This document shows positions 22,933 to 34,635 of a stretch of 42,870 nt of DNA, one piece after another (position 1 is the stretch's first letter; each line of letters opens with the position of its first letter). The notes under the pieces are model-generated. The model worked only from the letters and a program-made list of their open reading frames with translations. It was not told where the DNA came from and ran no database searches. A program made the translations under genes and the position numbers. This stretch comes from Chiloscyllium plagiosum (Eukaryota): contig NC_057750.1 in assembly GCF_004010195.1 (NCBI RefSeq), forward strand, positions 1,403,153-1,446,022. The letters run 5' to 3'.

Positions 22933-24554
22933 ATTTACAAGGATGTTACCAGGGTTGGAGAGTTTGAGCTATAGGGAGAGACTGAACAGACTGGGGTTGT
23001 TTTCCCTAGAGCATCAGAGGCTGAGGGGTGACTTTATAGAGGTTTATAAAACCATGAGAGGTATGGATAGGGTAAATAGACAAAGTCTTTTCCCTGGGGT
23101 GGGGGAGTCCAGAACTAGAGGGCATAAGTTTAGCGTGAGAGGAGAAAGATATAAAAGGGACCTAAGGGGCAACGTTTTCACGCAGAGGGTGCTACGTGTG
23201 TGGAATGAGCTGCCAGAGGAAGTGGTGGAGGCTGGTAAAATTATAATATTTAAAAGGGATCTGGATGGGTATATGATAGGAAAGAATTTAAAGGGATATG
23301 GGCCAAATGCTGACAAATGGGACTAGATTGGGTTGGGATATCTGGTCGGCAAGGACAAGTTGGAGCAAAGAGCCTGTTTCCATGCTGTACAGCTCTATGG
23401 CTCTCTGACTCAGTGACTCTATGGTTCTATGGCTCTAGAACCTGGTGGGTAATTTCAGCCTGAAGATACAGTCTGGTAACGATGACCATAGGCAGCTGTC
23501 TGTGGAGGGGATAACGTTTGTCGATCATCAGCTCCTGTTCCACAGTTCCGTTCATGCAGAGGTCTCTTAGGAGAAATAGAAACCAGAATCATTGAGAATC
23601 TTGGAAGGAAAATAAAAGTCTGCACGAGATATGGTGTTAAGTTAGTAGGACCTAACCCAATTGTGGTATTATTCTTTCCGCTAGTAACTGAGAGTTTAAA
23701 GTTGCTGGTTCAAACTAAATTCACACTAACATGTTCATGGATCGTATTTGATACTTTCTTTATTGTCATGTCCCAGGAGCTGTAGCCTTGTTTTACATTG
23801 AGGTTAACTAATATTTTGCAAACAATTATTTGGCGGGTTCATACTGCACAAAACTCAGCAATAAACTGTTCCCAGTGGATGGTGGAAATAATGAGAATTT
23901 AATTACGAAAGCTTAACAAAAATATTCTCACCAACAGGCAAGGAATCAGATTGCTTTTTATTCCCTATTTTTGTTAAATCCCTGTTGCAGAATTCCGAGT
24001 CCTTGACTTTCAAGTCACCCTGAGCATTCAGCCTTTAACAAAGAACCTGCTTACCCCCCAGGTGTGGTACCTTTGAATTCTTCATGTTTCTACGCTCGGG
24101 TAACATCTTAAACAGAGAGTCCACGTGATTGCTCTGTTCAAGCTTCATAACATGTGGATTCTCCTCAGCCTCATTACGTGCCCAGATTCTAAGGGCTACA
24201 TCAAATGAGACGTAAAATTTACATCCCACCTGCCTTTCCAAATCAATGTGAAAGATCCAGTCGCCCTACTTTAGAGGGAGATACAGAGACCCAGGAGGGC
24301 AGGTGTGTTGTTCCTAGAAAGGGAGGGGTGGGGGGTGCGCGGTGGGGTGAAGTGTCTGAGGTTGTGAAGGTGCAATCCAAATGCAAGCCTTTCTCTTCAA
24401 TTCTTCCTCCACACAAAACCAGGATGCAGTTTGTTTGTAATCCAACAACCAAAATCAGAAAGAGTTTATTGAAAGACAATTCAGGGAAATGGATCAAGAT
24501 CAGTCTGTCCAGTCATCAACTCGCTGCTGAGTACGGTCAACATGCCAGAGCTCC

Positions 24555-25112
24555 GAGGGAGCTTTACTCTGTACGTAACCCCATGCTGTCCCTGTCCTGG
24601 AAGTATTTGATGAGGGACAGTGTAGAGGGAGCTTTACTCTGTATCTAACCCCATGCTGTCCCTGTCCTGGAAGTATTTGATGAGGGACAGTATAGAGGGA
24701 ATCTTATTCTGTCTCTGACCTTGTGCTGTCCCTGCCCTGGAAGTATTTGATGAGGGACAGTATAGAGGGAATCTTATTCTGTCTCTGACCTTGTGCTGTC
24801 CCTGCCCTGGGAGTGTTTGATGGGAGGCCACAGTATAGAGGGAGCTTTACTCTGTATCTAACCCTGTCCTGTCCATGTCCTGGGAGTGTTTGATGGAAGG
24901 GACAGTGTAGAGGGAGCTTTATTCTGTATGTAACCCCGTGCCGTCCTTGTTCTGGGAGTGTTCGATGGGAACAGTGTTAAGGGAGCTTTCCCCTGTATGT
25001 AACCCCATGCTGTCCCTGTCCTGGGAGTGTTTGATGGGAGGATAGAGGATAGGGAGCTTTACTTTGTATGTAACCTCATGGTGTCCCTGGGAGTGTTTGA
25101 AGGGAGGGAACA
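24555..25112. repeat. about 70-bp minisatellite, about 8 copies
   Basis: Unit GAGGGAGCTTTACTCTGTATCTAACCCCRTGCTGTCCCTGTCCTGGGAGTGTTTGATGRGGGACAGTRTA; periods of 69-73 bp. Confidence 0.96.
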
Positions 25113-25241
25113 GGATAAAGAATCAGTCAATCCCCTTTCAGTCTGAGAACTGAAAAGCTGATGCTCAATGCTGGATTGAATCACGGTCGATTCCCTGCAG
25201 CTGGTTTTACAGGATGCTGTGGAAATCAAGTTTCTTCAGCT

Positions 25242-25990
25242 TGTGACACTTGGAAATTACTGCACGTTTAGCAAGTCAAGCATTTCTTCCCACTAGTTTA
25301 AGGGGCACTTGAAGAATGCATCTTTTTTGAACTCTTCCTCCTGTCACAACACTGGATCCTTTTCACTAAAAGCTGCTCCTTTCCCCAAGGATACTGTGTC
25401 CTTGGATTTTTCAGAGGGATCATAAACTGCTCTCGGTGCTGATTAGACTGGTTTGGTATAGAGATTAAAGGGTATTGAAAGGCCTTTTTGTTTATATGTA
25501 AATAGACGTGACTTCAGGCCAAAGTGGTCATGTTTTAGAAGTGACCTGTATAAACAAAGAGGAGTGGTCAGCTCTCTAGCTGAGCAGTTTAGTTTAGTCC
25601 TGAACTAGTTGAGAGTTCAACAGTGAGCTGTGTGGAGACTCTCTCTGTCTCTCTCTTTCTGCCCTTCTAACTTCAACCTGTAAGCATCTGTTCCATTTTT
25701 TAACTGTGTTTTAGTGGGGTTTGCTTATTGGGACTGTTGTGTATATTCGGAACAGTATAATTAAGTCTAGTTTAGACAGACTGAGTTCTGTAGGGATTCT
25801 TTATTCTGTTCTTTGTGTTTCATTATCTAATTTTATGAATAAATTTCTGTCTGTTTTAAAACCTAGTAGTCAACCTAGCTAACTTACTCCGGGTAATTTT
25901 CACTGTACACTTTACCAAAACAAATTGCAAAGTTATGGTCTGGGTTGTCAGCTTAAGAATGTTTTGAGAGATCTGGCCTAGTCCATAACA
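25242..25990 (+). mobile_element. solo LTR (gypsy-like)
   Basis: TGTGAC...CATAACA termini, TATAAA near 25549, AATAAA near 25838. The 3' terminus resembles the provirus LTR end. No TSD seen. Confidence 0.65.
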
Positions 25991-26000
25991 CTCCTCCAGC

Positions 26001-26923
26001 TGTAATAGAACAGACTAAACCAGACCCATCAAAATATTTGAAGAAGATAACCTTGACCCTGACGTTTACTTATTTTTAAGGTAAATGTAAAGTGTCATGT
26101 TCCAGATGCAATTTGATTGGTCAAATTTCTCGATGTTAAGCAGAACACAGTTTATTTAAACACTATAGTTAAAATACACGGCATGGGCGTGTATTTATGA
26201 GTGACACGGTGGCACAGTGGTTAGCACTGCTGCCTCACAACACCAGAGACCTGGGTTCAATACCCATCTCAGGCGACTGTCTGTGTGGAGTTTGCATACT
26301 CTCCCTAAGTTTGCGTGGGTTTCTTCCCACAGTCCAAAAATGTGCAGGTTAGGCGAATTGGCCATGCTAAATTGCCCATAGTGTTAGGTGAAGGGGTAAA
26401 TGTAGGGGAATGGGTCTGGGTGGGTTGCGCTTCATTGGGTCAGTGTGGACTTGGTGGGCCGAAGGGCCAGTTTCCATACTGTAACTAATCTAATCTATAC
26501 AGTAACTATTACTAATTAAGTTTTTGATGTAGTAATATCCCATAAGTACACCCTTTGGCAAAAAGGAAAATTCAGAAAAATGTAATTGGTCCCACAAGTA
26601 ATCCAGCAGCTGAGGTAGAGAACTCCCAGCTTTTGGCTGTAATTAAAAGATAAGGAAAATAGTTTCCACTTCTTCAAGCCCACAACAGCAGCGGCTTAAA
26701 GTAAAACCTTAAAACTCTTTTTCAAAAAACTAGAAAACCTGGTCTGTGAGAGCTGGCCACACCCAGCCAGGCTGCTTCTATTGTTCCAACTTTTTAAAAA
26801 CCCAAGGCCTCACACATTGTTTGCCCAAGTGGTTTGGATAGACTGCTCGGCATCTCTGCCTTAAAACCTCTCTTCAAAACTATCCAGGACGAAATAACCT
26901 CCAAAAGATATAGCTTCATCACA
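26001..26923 (-). mobile_element. solo LTR (gypsy-like) containing a HE1 SINE
   Basis: TGTAAT...TCACA termini; flanks CAGC/CAAC (TSD with 1 mismatch); minus-strand AATAAA near 26150. Confidence 0.6.
26201..26496 (+). mobile_element. HE1-type V-SINE
   Basis: Head, V-domain and AATCTAATCT tail. Confidence 0.9.
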
Positions 26924-28174
26924 CAACCCAGCATCAAGCCAAGATGAGAAACATCCGCGAGATTGCCACTGAGGGAGAGGAGAGAGTGGGAGTGCTGTAA
27001 TCCTTGGGGAAAGCACGGGTGGGTGGACACAGTAATGTCACACTGGCTCCTGGTCCCCACATCCAGAATCTCTCCAAACCTCACTGCAACGTCAATCGGT
27101 CTCAGGCCAATCTCAAACCCAGTCAATGTGATGATAGAAAGCTCCAATCCATGAGCAGATTAATTCAGAAAACCTGGACTTTGGCAAAGAAAATCCTTTT
27201 CCCACAGTGCGGAGTTCGGGTCTGGAATGCATTGCCTTCTGGTAGGTTCAGTTGAGAGGGCTGTTGGATGGTTTTCCAGATTGAAATGGTTTGTAGGGAA
27301 ATGGGGATAAGGCAGGAGACTGCACTGGATACTAGAGTCAGTGGATACATGACGGACTGAGTGGCCTACTCCTGCACCAGACCAATTCTGCGATTCTGTG
27401 ATGATCCTTTAAAAGGGAGCCGTTCCTCAGTGTGATAAAACTGATGAATCAATAACATTTTATCTTTTGTACTTTCTAGGATTTTGACAAGATTTAACAG
27501 AATATCATAAATATCCGAGCAGTCTATTACGTAAATTCGAGCTCAGTAGTTTCCACTCGGGTGGAGTTTGAAACAGGCAGCCTTCAGTGAGATATGCCAC
27601 ATTCCGGGGAGTTGAATCTCCCATCTGCGAATGGAGAGAGAGAGTGCACCCTCTGTCACCCAGTTTGACAAAGGTAAGCATTTTCTCTGCTCTGCCTGAC
27701 AGCCTGGCACTAATAAGGCAAGCTATATGACGTTCATTACTCCCTCTCTTTGTTCACTCTCTCCTCTTTGTGAAATATTCATGAAGCCAGTTCTTGCTCA
27801 GTCTAATTTCCATGGTTATGAGGCAGGAGAGCAGATCACCAGCATGAGAGGATCAGGGTTAATCAGATTGTGCAGCCTGTGATTCAAGTTGCGACTGTCA
27901 GAAGCTTAATTTCTGCTCCTCAGAAATATTCACTGAGTGACTTTGATGGGAAGTTTTTTTTTCTATGATCTACATCTTCTTCCTTTAGGCTCCTTTTAGC
28001 ATCTTTCCACCTGGCTCCAGGGCAATTCAGCTGAACATCAGTGAATTGTGATCTCTACTCTTCCCCATCCCTGGTTTCTCATTGGCACACTGTCTTCAGG
28101 TGCCCACACCCTGGAATAGCCTCCAGATTCACCTGTTTATCGTTCCCTCGTGCCTCGTCGGAGCTGCCACTCCA

Positions 28175-28955
28175 GTTGTCTGAGCTGAGAGATTCTGAGC
28201 TGACGCTGATGTGCAGGACTGAAGGAGTGCTGATTGTCAGAGGTGCCACCTTAACGAGGCAGACCTTAACTGAGAACAACAATTGCTGGAGATCACAGCA
28301 GGTCAGGCAGCATCCACGGAGAGAGCTAACGTTTCACATATTGATGACTCTTCATCAGAGCTGAGGCAAAGCAGGGAAGGGGCAGGACTTACCCAATAGT
28401 CAGGGGAGGGACAGGGAGGGAGTTGGAATGCTGGGGAGAAGGGATTCTGATTAAGTAATCGGAATGTGAGAACGACAGAAGAATGGTGTCTCGAATTGCC
28501 AGACTGGGAAGGACAGACAGTCCCACTGGGGTAGGGAGGGAAGAGAGGGTGACAGAGAATTCAACAAATAAAGCTAAAGAAAGGGAAGAACTGGGAGTGG
28601 GTTCACAATCTGAAGGTGTTGAACTCAATACTAAATCCAGACGTTTGTAAAGTGTCCAGTCTGAAGATGACAAGTTGTTTCTCTAGTTTGTGCTGTGATT
28701 GGCTGTGATTAGACCCGAAACCACAGCCTGTCTGTCCTTTCAGGGTAAGATCCCATGGCCTCTGTTTTGAAGGAGAGTCAGGAGAGTCTCCTGGGGTTAG
28801 TGTTTACCCTTCAACCAACATCCCAATCCCTGGTCATTATCGCATTGTGTTTCTGGGAGCTTGCTTGTACAAATTGGTTTCCACATTTCCTGCTGATTTT
28901 CATTGGCACTTTGAGGATTGGAAAGGGGCTATATAAATGTAAGTCTTTCTTTTCC
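28175..28955 (+). mobile_element. Deu-domain SINE split by a Penelope-like insertion
   Basis: GTGCAGGACTGAAGGAGTGCTGATTGTCAGAGGTGCC, resuming about 28715 with AAGATCCCATGGC..CAACCAACATC..CTGGTCATTATCGCATTG..GCTATATAAATGTAAGTCTTTC. Confidence 0.72.
28270..28710 (-). mobile_element. Penelope-like element 3' fragment with hammerhead-like motif (28324-28362)
   Basis: Minus strand AGCU-CUGAUGA-AGAGUCAUCAAUAUGU-GAAACGUU-AGCU; stem II disrupted. Confidence 0.7.
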
Positions 28956-29139
28956 TTTACGGTCTTTTTGACTAAGCTTTTGCTCACCTGATACAGCCAG
29001 CAAGGTTTAGTGTTTTAAAGGGAATTACCTGGTAATGGAACTGTGAGAGATAACAGACCCAGCACCACATTCAAACCTCCCAGCCTCTGGGCTCTGCTTG
29101 GACAGGTCGGGGTGGGAGGGGTGTCATTCCCCTTCCCAC

Positions 29140-29255
29140 TACCCTGATGAAGGGCTTTTGCCCAAAATGTCAATTTTCCTGCTCCTCTGATGCTGCCTGA
29201 CCTGCTGTGCTTTTCCAGCACCACTCCAATCTCCAGCATCTGCAGTACCCACCTC
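29140..29255 (+). mobile_element. Penelope-like element end with hammerhead-like motif
   Basis: CTGATGA-A-GGGC-TTTT-GCCC-AAAATGTC; perfect stem II, GAAAC decayed at CpGs. Confidence 0.7.
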
Positions 29256-29980
29256 TGACTATTTGATGGGCTGAATGGCCTGGGTAATGTGTGTGCTGAC
29301 TGATTGCCAACCCCTCACCTGGTGTTCACAGACCGGGCCTTTCCAATCAGAATGATTTGATAATGATTAGGTTCAGGAGGAAGGTCTCTGGACTATTACT
29401 GAATCTCTGCAGCTCCCCAGGCTGATGCTTGCTCATTGGAAGCAGTCCAACTGGAACTGGTTATACACCCTCACACACAGCCACGTGAACTCCTGGTAAT
29501 TGGTGAGATTGGTTACATCTGGTGACAATGGCCTGGTGACAATCTCTTCCTGTTGTGTTCAATGATATGGAAATTAGTCAACAATGAGGAGGCGATCAGG
29601 AGCAGATAGAGAGGGCACACGCACGACAGGTTTGTTTCAGTACAGGAAGATAGGAAGTGATGTGTTTTGAAAAGAATGGAAAGTGAGGAATGATAAAGGA
29701 GACAAAGTGATGTAATTGAAAGTTCTGGCACATAGTTTTGAAGACCATAAGAAATAGGAACAGGAATAGGCCATTCTGCCCCTCATGTTTGCTTCATTAT
29801 TCATTAGGATCAAAGCTATTCCACTTTATAATCCACTCCCCATAAGTTTTTGATCCATTGTTAGTTAAAAATCTGTCTATTGTCTCCTTAACTTTACTTG
29901 AAGGCCCAGCACCCATTGCATTCTGGGTTGATTGAGGATTGGAATTTCACCTCATCTCCGAACAAAGAGAAAATTCAACA

Positions 29981-30320
29981 GTCCCTCAGCACTGACCCTC
30001 CAACAGTGCAACACTCCCTCAGCACTGACCCTCTGACAGTGCGGCACTCCCTCAGCACTGACCCTCCGACGGTGCGGCACTCCCTCAGCATTGACCTGCC
30101 GACAGTGTGGCGCTCCCTCAGCACTGACCCTCCGACAGTGCGGCGCTCCCTCAGTACTGACCCTCCGACAGTGCGGCACTTCCTCAGCAATGACCCTCCC
30201 ACAGTGTGGCATTCCCTCAGCACTGACCCTCCGATAGTGCGGAACTCCCTCTGCACTGACCCTCCGACAGTGCCCACTCCCTCAGCACTGATCCTGCGAC
30301 AGTGCGGCACTCCCTCAGTG
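29981..30320 (-). repeat. 33-bp minisatellite, about 10 copies (CACTCCCTCAGCACTGACCCTCCGACAGTGCGG)
   Basis: Direct periodicity; reverse complement of the array at 35657-36033. Confidence 0.97.
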
Positions 30321-30521
30321 TTGTAGTGTGAATAGCAAGATGCTGGCTGTTTTCCACTCTGAGATATCCAGATTAATCCCAGTCTAAGTGCACATCTTGC
30401 TAAGCTGTGACTGCACTCAGGATCGGCCTGCCTGGCACTCTCCCGCAGATAGCAGTAGGGAACAGCTCAGACATCAGGCAGCCCCTACCTCCTGCAGACA
30501 GATTCAGTTTGCAAGCTGCCC

Positions 30522-30695
30522 GAGGAGAGCAAGATGGAACTGGAGGAGAACAAGCTGGACATTAATACATGGACACCTCTCCCAAAAGCAGGTTCTTGAA
30601 GTTCAACGTCGAGTTCAAAAGGAAATTCCTTCAGGATGTTCTGCAAGGGACTGGACCCTGGGACCCTGCTGGCAAAGGCCAGGTATCAGTTACAG
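30522..30695 (+). pseudogene. degenerate WNK-family kinase fragment (start of the kinase domain), two frameshifts
   Basis: Joined across frameshifts: EESKMELEENKLDIN/MDTSPKSRFLKFNVEFKRK/SFRMFCKGLDPGTLLAKARYQLQ, versus the WNK motif [46 protein letters not shown]. Confidence 0.72.
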
Positions 30696-31055
30696 CCACT
30701 AACTGCCTGCTGAATATTTCCTGCATCTTCTAGTTTTACGTCCAGCGGCGCAATGTGTTACTTTTCTCTTAACTTGATTGGTTAGCAGTTGAGCTTTAAT
30801 ATCAAACTGAAGACAATGGAGTATATCTCAATTGGCCGAAGATGAAAAATGATATGTGAGCTATTGTCAAATCGTGAGGAATTCTAATTAATACTAAACT
30901 AAGACAAATACAAGTATTAGTTGTTTTATTTTTAACAGATTATTTAATACCATGGAATGCACCAAGTGTAAATGAGGAAACTGTTGCAATTATCCATTTA
31001 TTCCAACCATTCATTGACCCAAACTCGCCATTGTCATTTCATACTCATAGAGTCA

Positions 31056-31682
31056 TAGAGATGTACAGCACGGAAACAGACCCTTCGGTCCAACCCGTCC
31101 ATGCCGACCAGATATCCCAATCTAATCTAGTCCCACCTGCCAGCACCCGACCCATATCCCTCCAAACCCTTCCTATTCATATACCCATCCAAATGCCTTT
31201 TAAATGTTGTAATTGTACCAGCCTCCACTACTTCCTCTGGCAGCTCATTCCATACATGTACACCCTCTGTGTGAAAGAGTTGCCCCTTAGATCTCTTCTA
31301 TATCTCTCCCCTCTCACCCTAAACCTATGCCCTCTAGTTCTGGACTCCCCCACCCCAGGGAAAAGACTTTGCCTATTTACCCTATCCATGCCCCTCATAA
31401 CTTTGTGAACCTCTATAAGGTCACCCCTCAGCCTCCGACTCTCCAGGGAAAACAGCCCCAGCCTGTTCAGCCTCTCCCTATAGCTTAAATCCTCCGACCC
31501 TGGCAACATCCTTGTAAATCTTGTCTGAACCCTTTCAAGTTTCACAACATCTTTCCGATAGGAAGGAGACCGGAATTGCACGCAATATTCCAACAGTGGC
31601 CTAACCAATGTCCTATGTAGCTGCAACATGACCTCCCAACTCCTGTACTCAATACTCTGACCAATAACGGAAAGCATACCAC
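31056..31682 (-). mobile_element. CR1 LINE 3' fragment (young subfamily)
   Basis: ORF 31228-31686: IEYRSWEVMLQL..VRPLLEYCVQF..RRLRGDLIE; CATAGAGTCATAGAG tail. Confidence 0.93.
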
Positions 31683-32447
31683 TCATTCAAAAGGTTCCAG
31701 GAATCTTCAGTACACTATACACTGTCTGTTGGGGAAACTTTGCTGGCTGTGCATTTCTTACTATGAGGTAATGTCAAAGGTAGGCCTTATCTTCCTAAGG
31801 TGTCAAGATAGTGTTTCCTCCCTTTGCTGAATGATCAGCACAGGCTGGAGCAAGCTGACATAGACTTGCCAATTCGTCCCACTTCCTTCACGAGTTATTG
31901 ACACTTCACGGAGAGTTTTTTTCAACACTGTCACAAACCACCTCCAATATAAAGTCAAACTGTTCAAAGGGGCATAGATCCTTAACTCAGGAAGCAGAAA
32001 TCTTTGGATTATTCTTAAAGTTGTTGAAATTGCAATGATGCAGGGTTAGAGTGGAACTGATTGGGATGCTCTTCAAAGGGTCAGTATGGACTTGATTGTC
32101 CCAATGGCCTGTTCCAACACTGTGTGGATCCTCTGACGTCCTGACTCTGTTTTTCTCACCATACTGAAGAAATAATTTGACCCAAAGTAAAGGCTTTTTG
32201 TTTGCTTGCTTTGTACCTAGTGCAATAAAATGTAACTGCTGAACATCATTTTGCTTTAAATCTCTGATAAGGTCTTTATCCTGGTAAAATTGGAAATATA
32301 TATTTATATACTTCAACATGAATGACAGCAGAACATAATGCTGCTGGACACTTTACTACATCTTTGCAATATAAATTTAAAATATTTATCTGAAAGACAA
32401 AACATGTTTCTGGAGTGTTTTAAGAAAGTTACTGAGTGGTGGGTCCT

Positions 32448-32771
32448 GTAGGTTGGCTCAGTGGTTTGCACTGCTGCCTCCCAGCACCAGAGACGCAGGT
32501 TCAATTCTACCCTCGGGGTGACTGACTGTGTGGAGTTTGCACATTCTCCCCATGTCTGTGTAGGTTTCCTTCCACAGTCTAAAGATATGCAGGTTAGCAT
32601 GGATTGGCCATGGGAAATTGTCCTGTAATGTCCAGGGATGTGCAGGCTAGGTGGGTTAGCCATGGGAAATGCAGGGTTACAGGGATGGGGTGGGGAGTCT
32701 GGGTAGGATGCTGTTCAGAGGGCTATTGTGGACTCGAAGGGCTGAATGCCCGTTTCCCCACTGTAGAGATT
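32448..32771 (+). mobile_element. HE1-type V-SINE (older); a further 3' fragment lies at about 32035-32130
   Basis: Head GGCTCAGTGGTTTGCACTGCTGCCTC, V-domain and tail. Confidence 0.85.
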
Positions 32772-33147
32772 GCAAACTGCAGTAGTGCCTTTGGTACCTG
32801 TTATCATTGTCATGTGTGTGAACTGACAGGTGAAATATTGTCAAACAAGATTTCCAAATCAATGCTCAGTGTTGCTATTTTAATTATCCCTAACCTGCCA
32901 CGCAGTTGGGGCAGGGTTTTATGTCATTTCTTGCAATTATTATTGACAGGCACTTGGGGTCAGATTCAGTATCGATCTTATCATAAACAAATCTTTCCAG
33001 TGATCCAACTCAAACAAGCACCTGGTGTCGCTAGCTGGTTCTGAGAGTTAATCTTAAGGGATAACAGTCATCTTTGAGAGCAATGAATGTGGAGCTGAAA
33101 TTGGTTTCCAATCTGTTTTGCCGTATGACACTGTCCAGAAACACTTT

Positions 33148-33620
33148 TAGAGTCATAGAGATGTACAGCACGGAAACAGACCCTTCGATCTAACTCTTCC
33201 ATGCCAACCAGATATCCTAACCTAATCTAGTCCAACCTGCCAGCACCCGGCCCATATCCCTCCAAACCCTTCCTATTCATATACCCATCCAGATGCCTTT
33301 TAAATGCTGTAATTGTACCAGCCTCCACCACTTCCTCTGACAGCTCATTCCATACACGCATCATCCTCTGTGTAGAAATGTTGCCCCGTAGGTCCCTTTT
33401 ATCTCTTTCCCCTCTCACCCTAAACTTATGTCCTCTAGTTCTGGACTCCCCCACCCCAGGGAAAAGAATTTGTCTATTTATCCTATCCATGCCCCTCATG
33501 ATTTTATAAATCTCTATCAGGTCACCCCTCAGCCTCCGATGCTACAGGGAAAAAGCCCCAGCCTGTTCAGCCTCTCCCTATAGTTCAAATCCTCCAACTC
33601 TGGCAACATCCTTGTGAATC
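33148..33620 (-). mobile_element. CR1 LINE 3' fragment (same subfamily as 31056-31682)
   Basis: MRGMDRINRQ..WNELSEEVVEAG..FKRHLDGYM. Confidence 0.93.
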
Positions 33621-33879
33621 CAGTGCAAGCACACTGCCAACAACACGCTACATTTGAATAGCATCTTTACTGTAGCAAGTCAGCCCAATTTGCTTCAGGG
33701 GAGTGATTAGCAGATGTACTTGAGACGATGTCAGGTCAGGGGAAATCAGAAGCGAGTGAAAGTCTCAGCTTTATGAAGATCATTGAGGAGCTTTCCAGAG
33801 CCTCTATCTCTGACAATGGAACAAGTAAAATCAAGGATGTGCTGGAGTTAGAGAAATGCAGAGCTCTCAGAGGGTGCAG

Positions 33880-34635
33880 GACTGACCATACAAAGCAAGT
33901 AACAGGAGGAGGCCATTCAGCTCCTCAAACCTGATTGTCCATTCAATAAAATGATGAAACCTTTGCCAATTGTCAGAAAAACTCATCTAATTCACTAAAG
34001 CCCTTTAGGGAGGGAAACTGCTGACCTTACCTGGTCTGGCCTACATGTGACTCCAGACCCACAGCAACGTGGTTGACTCTTAACTGCCCTCTGGGCAACT
34101 AGAGATGGTCAAAAAATGCTGGCCGAGACATTCACACCGTCTTTCCATGAATGAATGTGAAACAAATCAGGGCTGATCTGATTTTAGCCCCAAACCCATA
34201 TTTCCATTTCCCCCTGATGACCTTTTACCCCCTTACTTTACAAAACTCTAAGCACCTCCCCTTTGGAAATATTCCCGGCCTCTGCTCCCCCTGCCTTTTG
34301 GTGGAAAAGTGTTGCACAGACTCCTGACCCACTGAGAGCGGGAGCGAACGTGCCAGGTCGCTTTTGAACATAGAACATAGAATATAGAACAGTGCGGCGC
34401 AGAACAGGTCCTTCAGCCCACGATGTTGTGCCGACCATTGATCCTCATGTACGAACCCTCAAATTTCTGTGACCATATGCATGTCCAGCAGTCTCTTAAA
34501 TGTCCCCAGATTTGAAACCCGCAGCCCCTCGTTTCGAGACAGCGACCTGGTTCATCCTGGATTCTCCAGCAAGAGAAAACCTCCTCTCCTCAAGGACGCT
34601 GTCAAGATCCCTCAGGATCTCAATGGATTCTTGAG
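33880..34635 (-). mobile_element. old CR1 3' fragment with nested SINE (33955-34160, +) and a younger CR1 tail (34367-34508, -)
   Basis: AGGAGGAGGCCATTCAG.. host tail; SINE body CCTTACCTGGTCTGGCCTACATGTGACTCC; (AACATAG)n tail. Confidence 0.65.

Larger units (their letters stand above)
22678..23435 (+). mobile_element. CR1 LINE 3' fragment interrupted by a Penelope insertion
   Basis: RVQKRFTR|MLPGLESLSYRERLNRLGLFSLEHQRLRGD..WNELPEE; (CTCTATGG)n tail. Confidence 0.92.

Noticed and set aside
24555..25112. CRISPR-like arrays (also 29981-30320 and 35657-36033)
   Set aside because: Units are contiguous with no unique spacers, there are no cas genes, and the context is vertebrate.
30388..30702. 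104-aa ORF as a real gene
   Set aside because: Its frame is not the one carrying the WNK similarity, and it has no recognisable motif.
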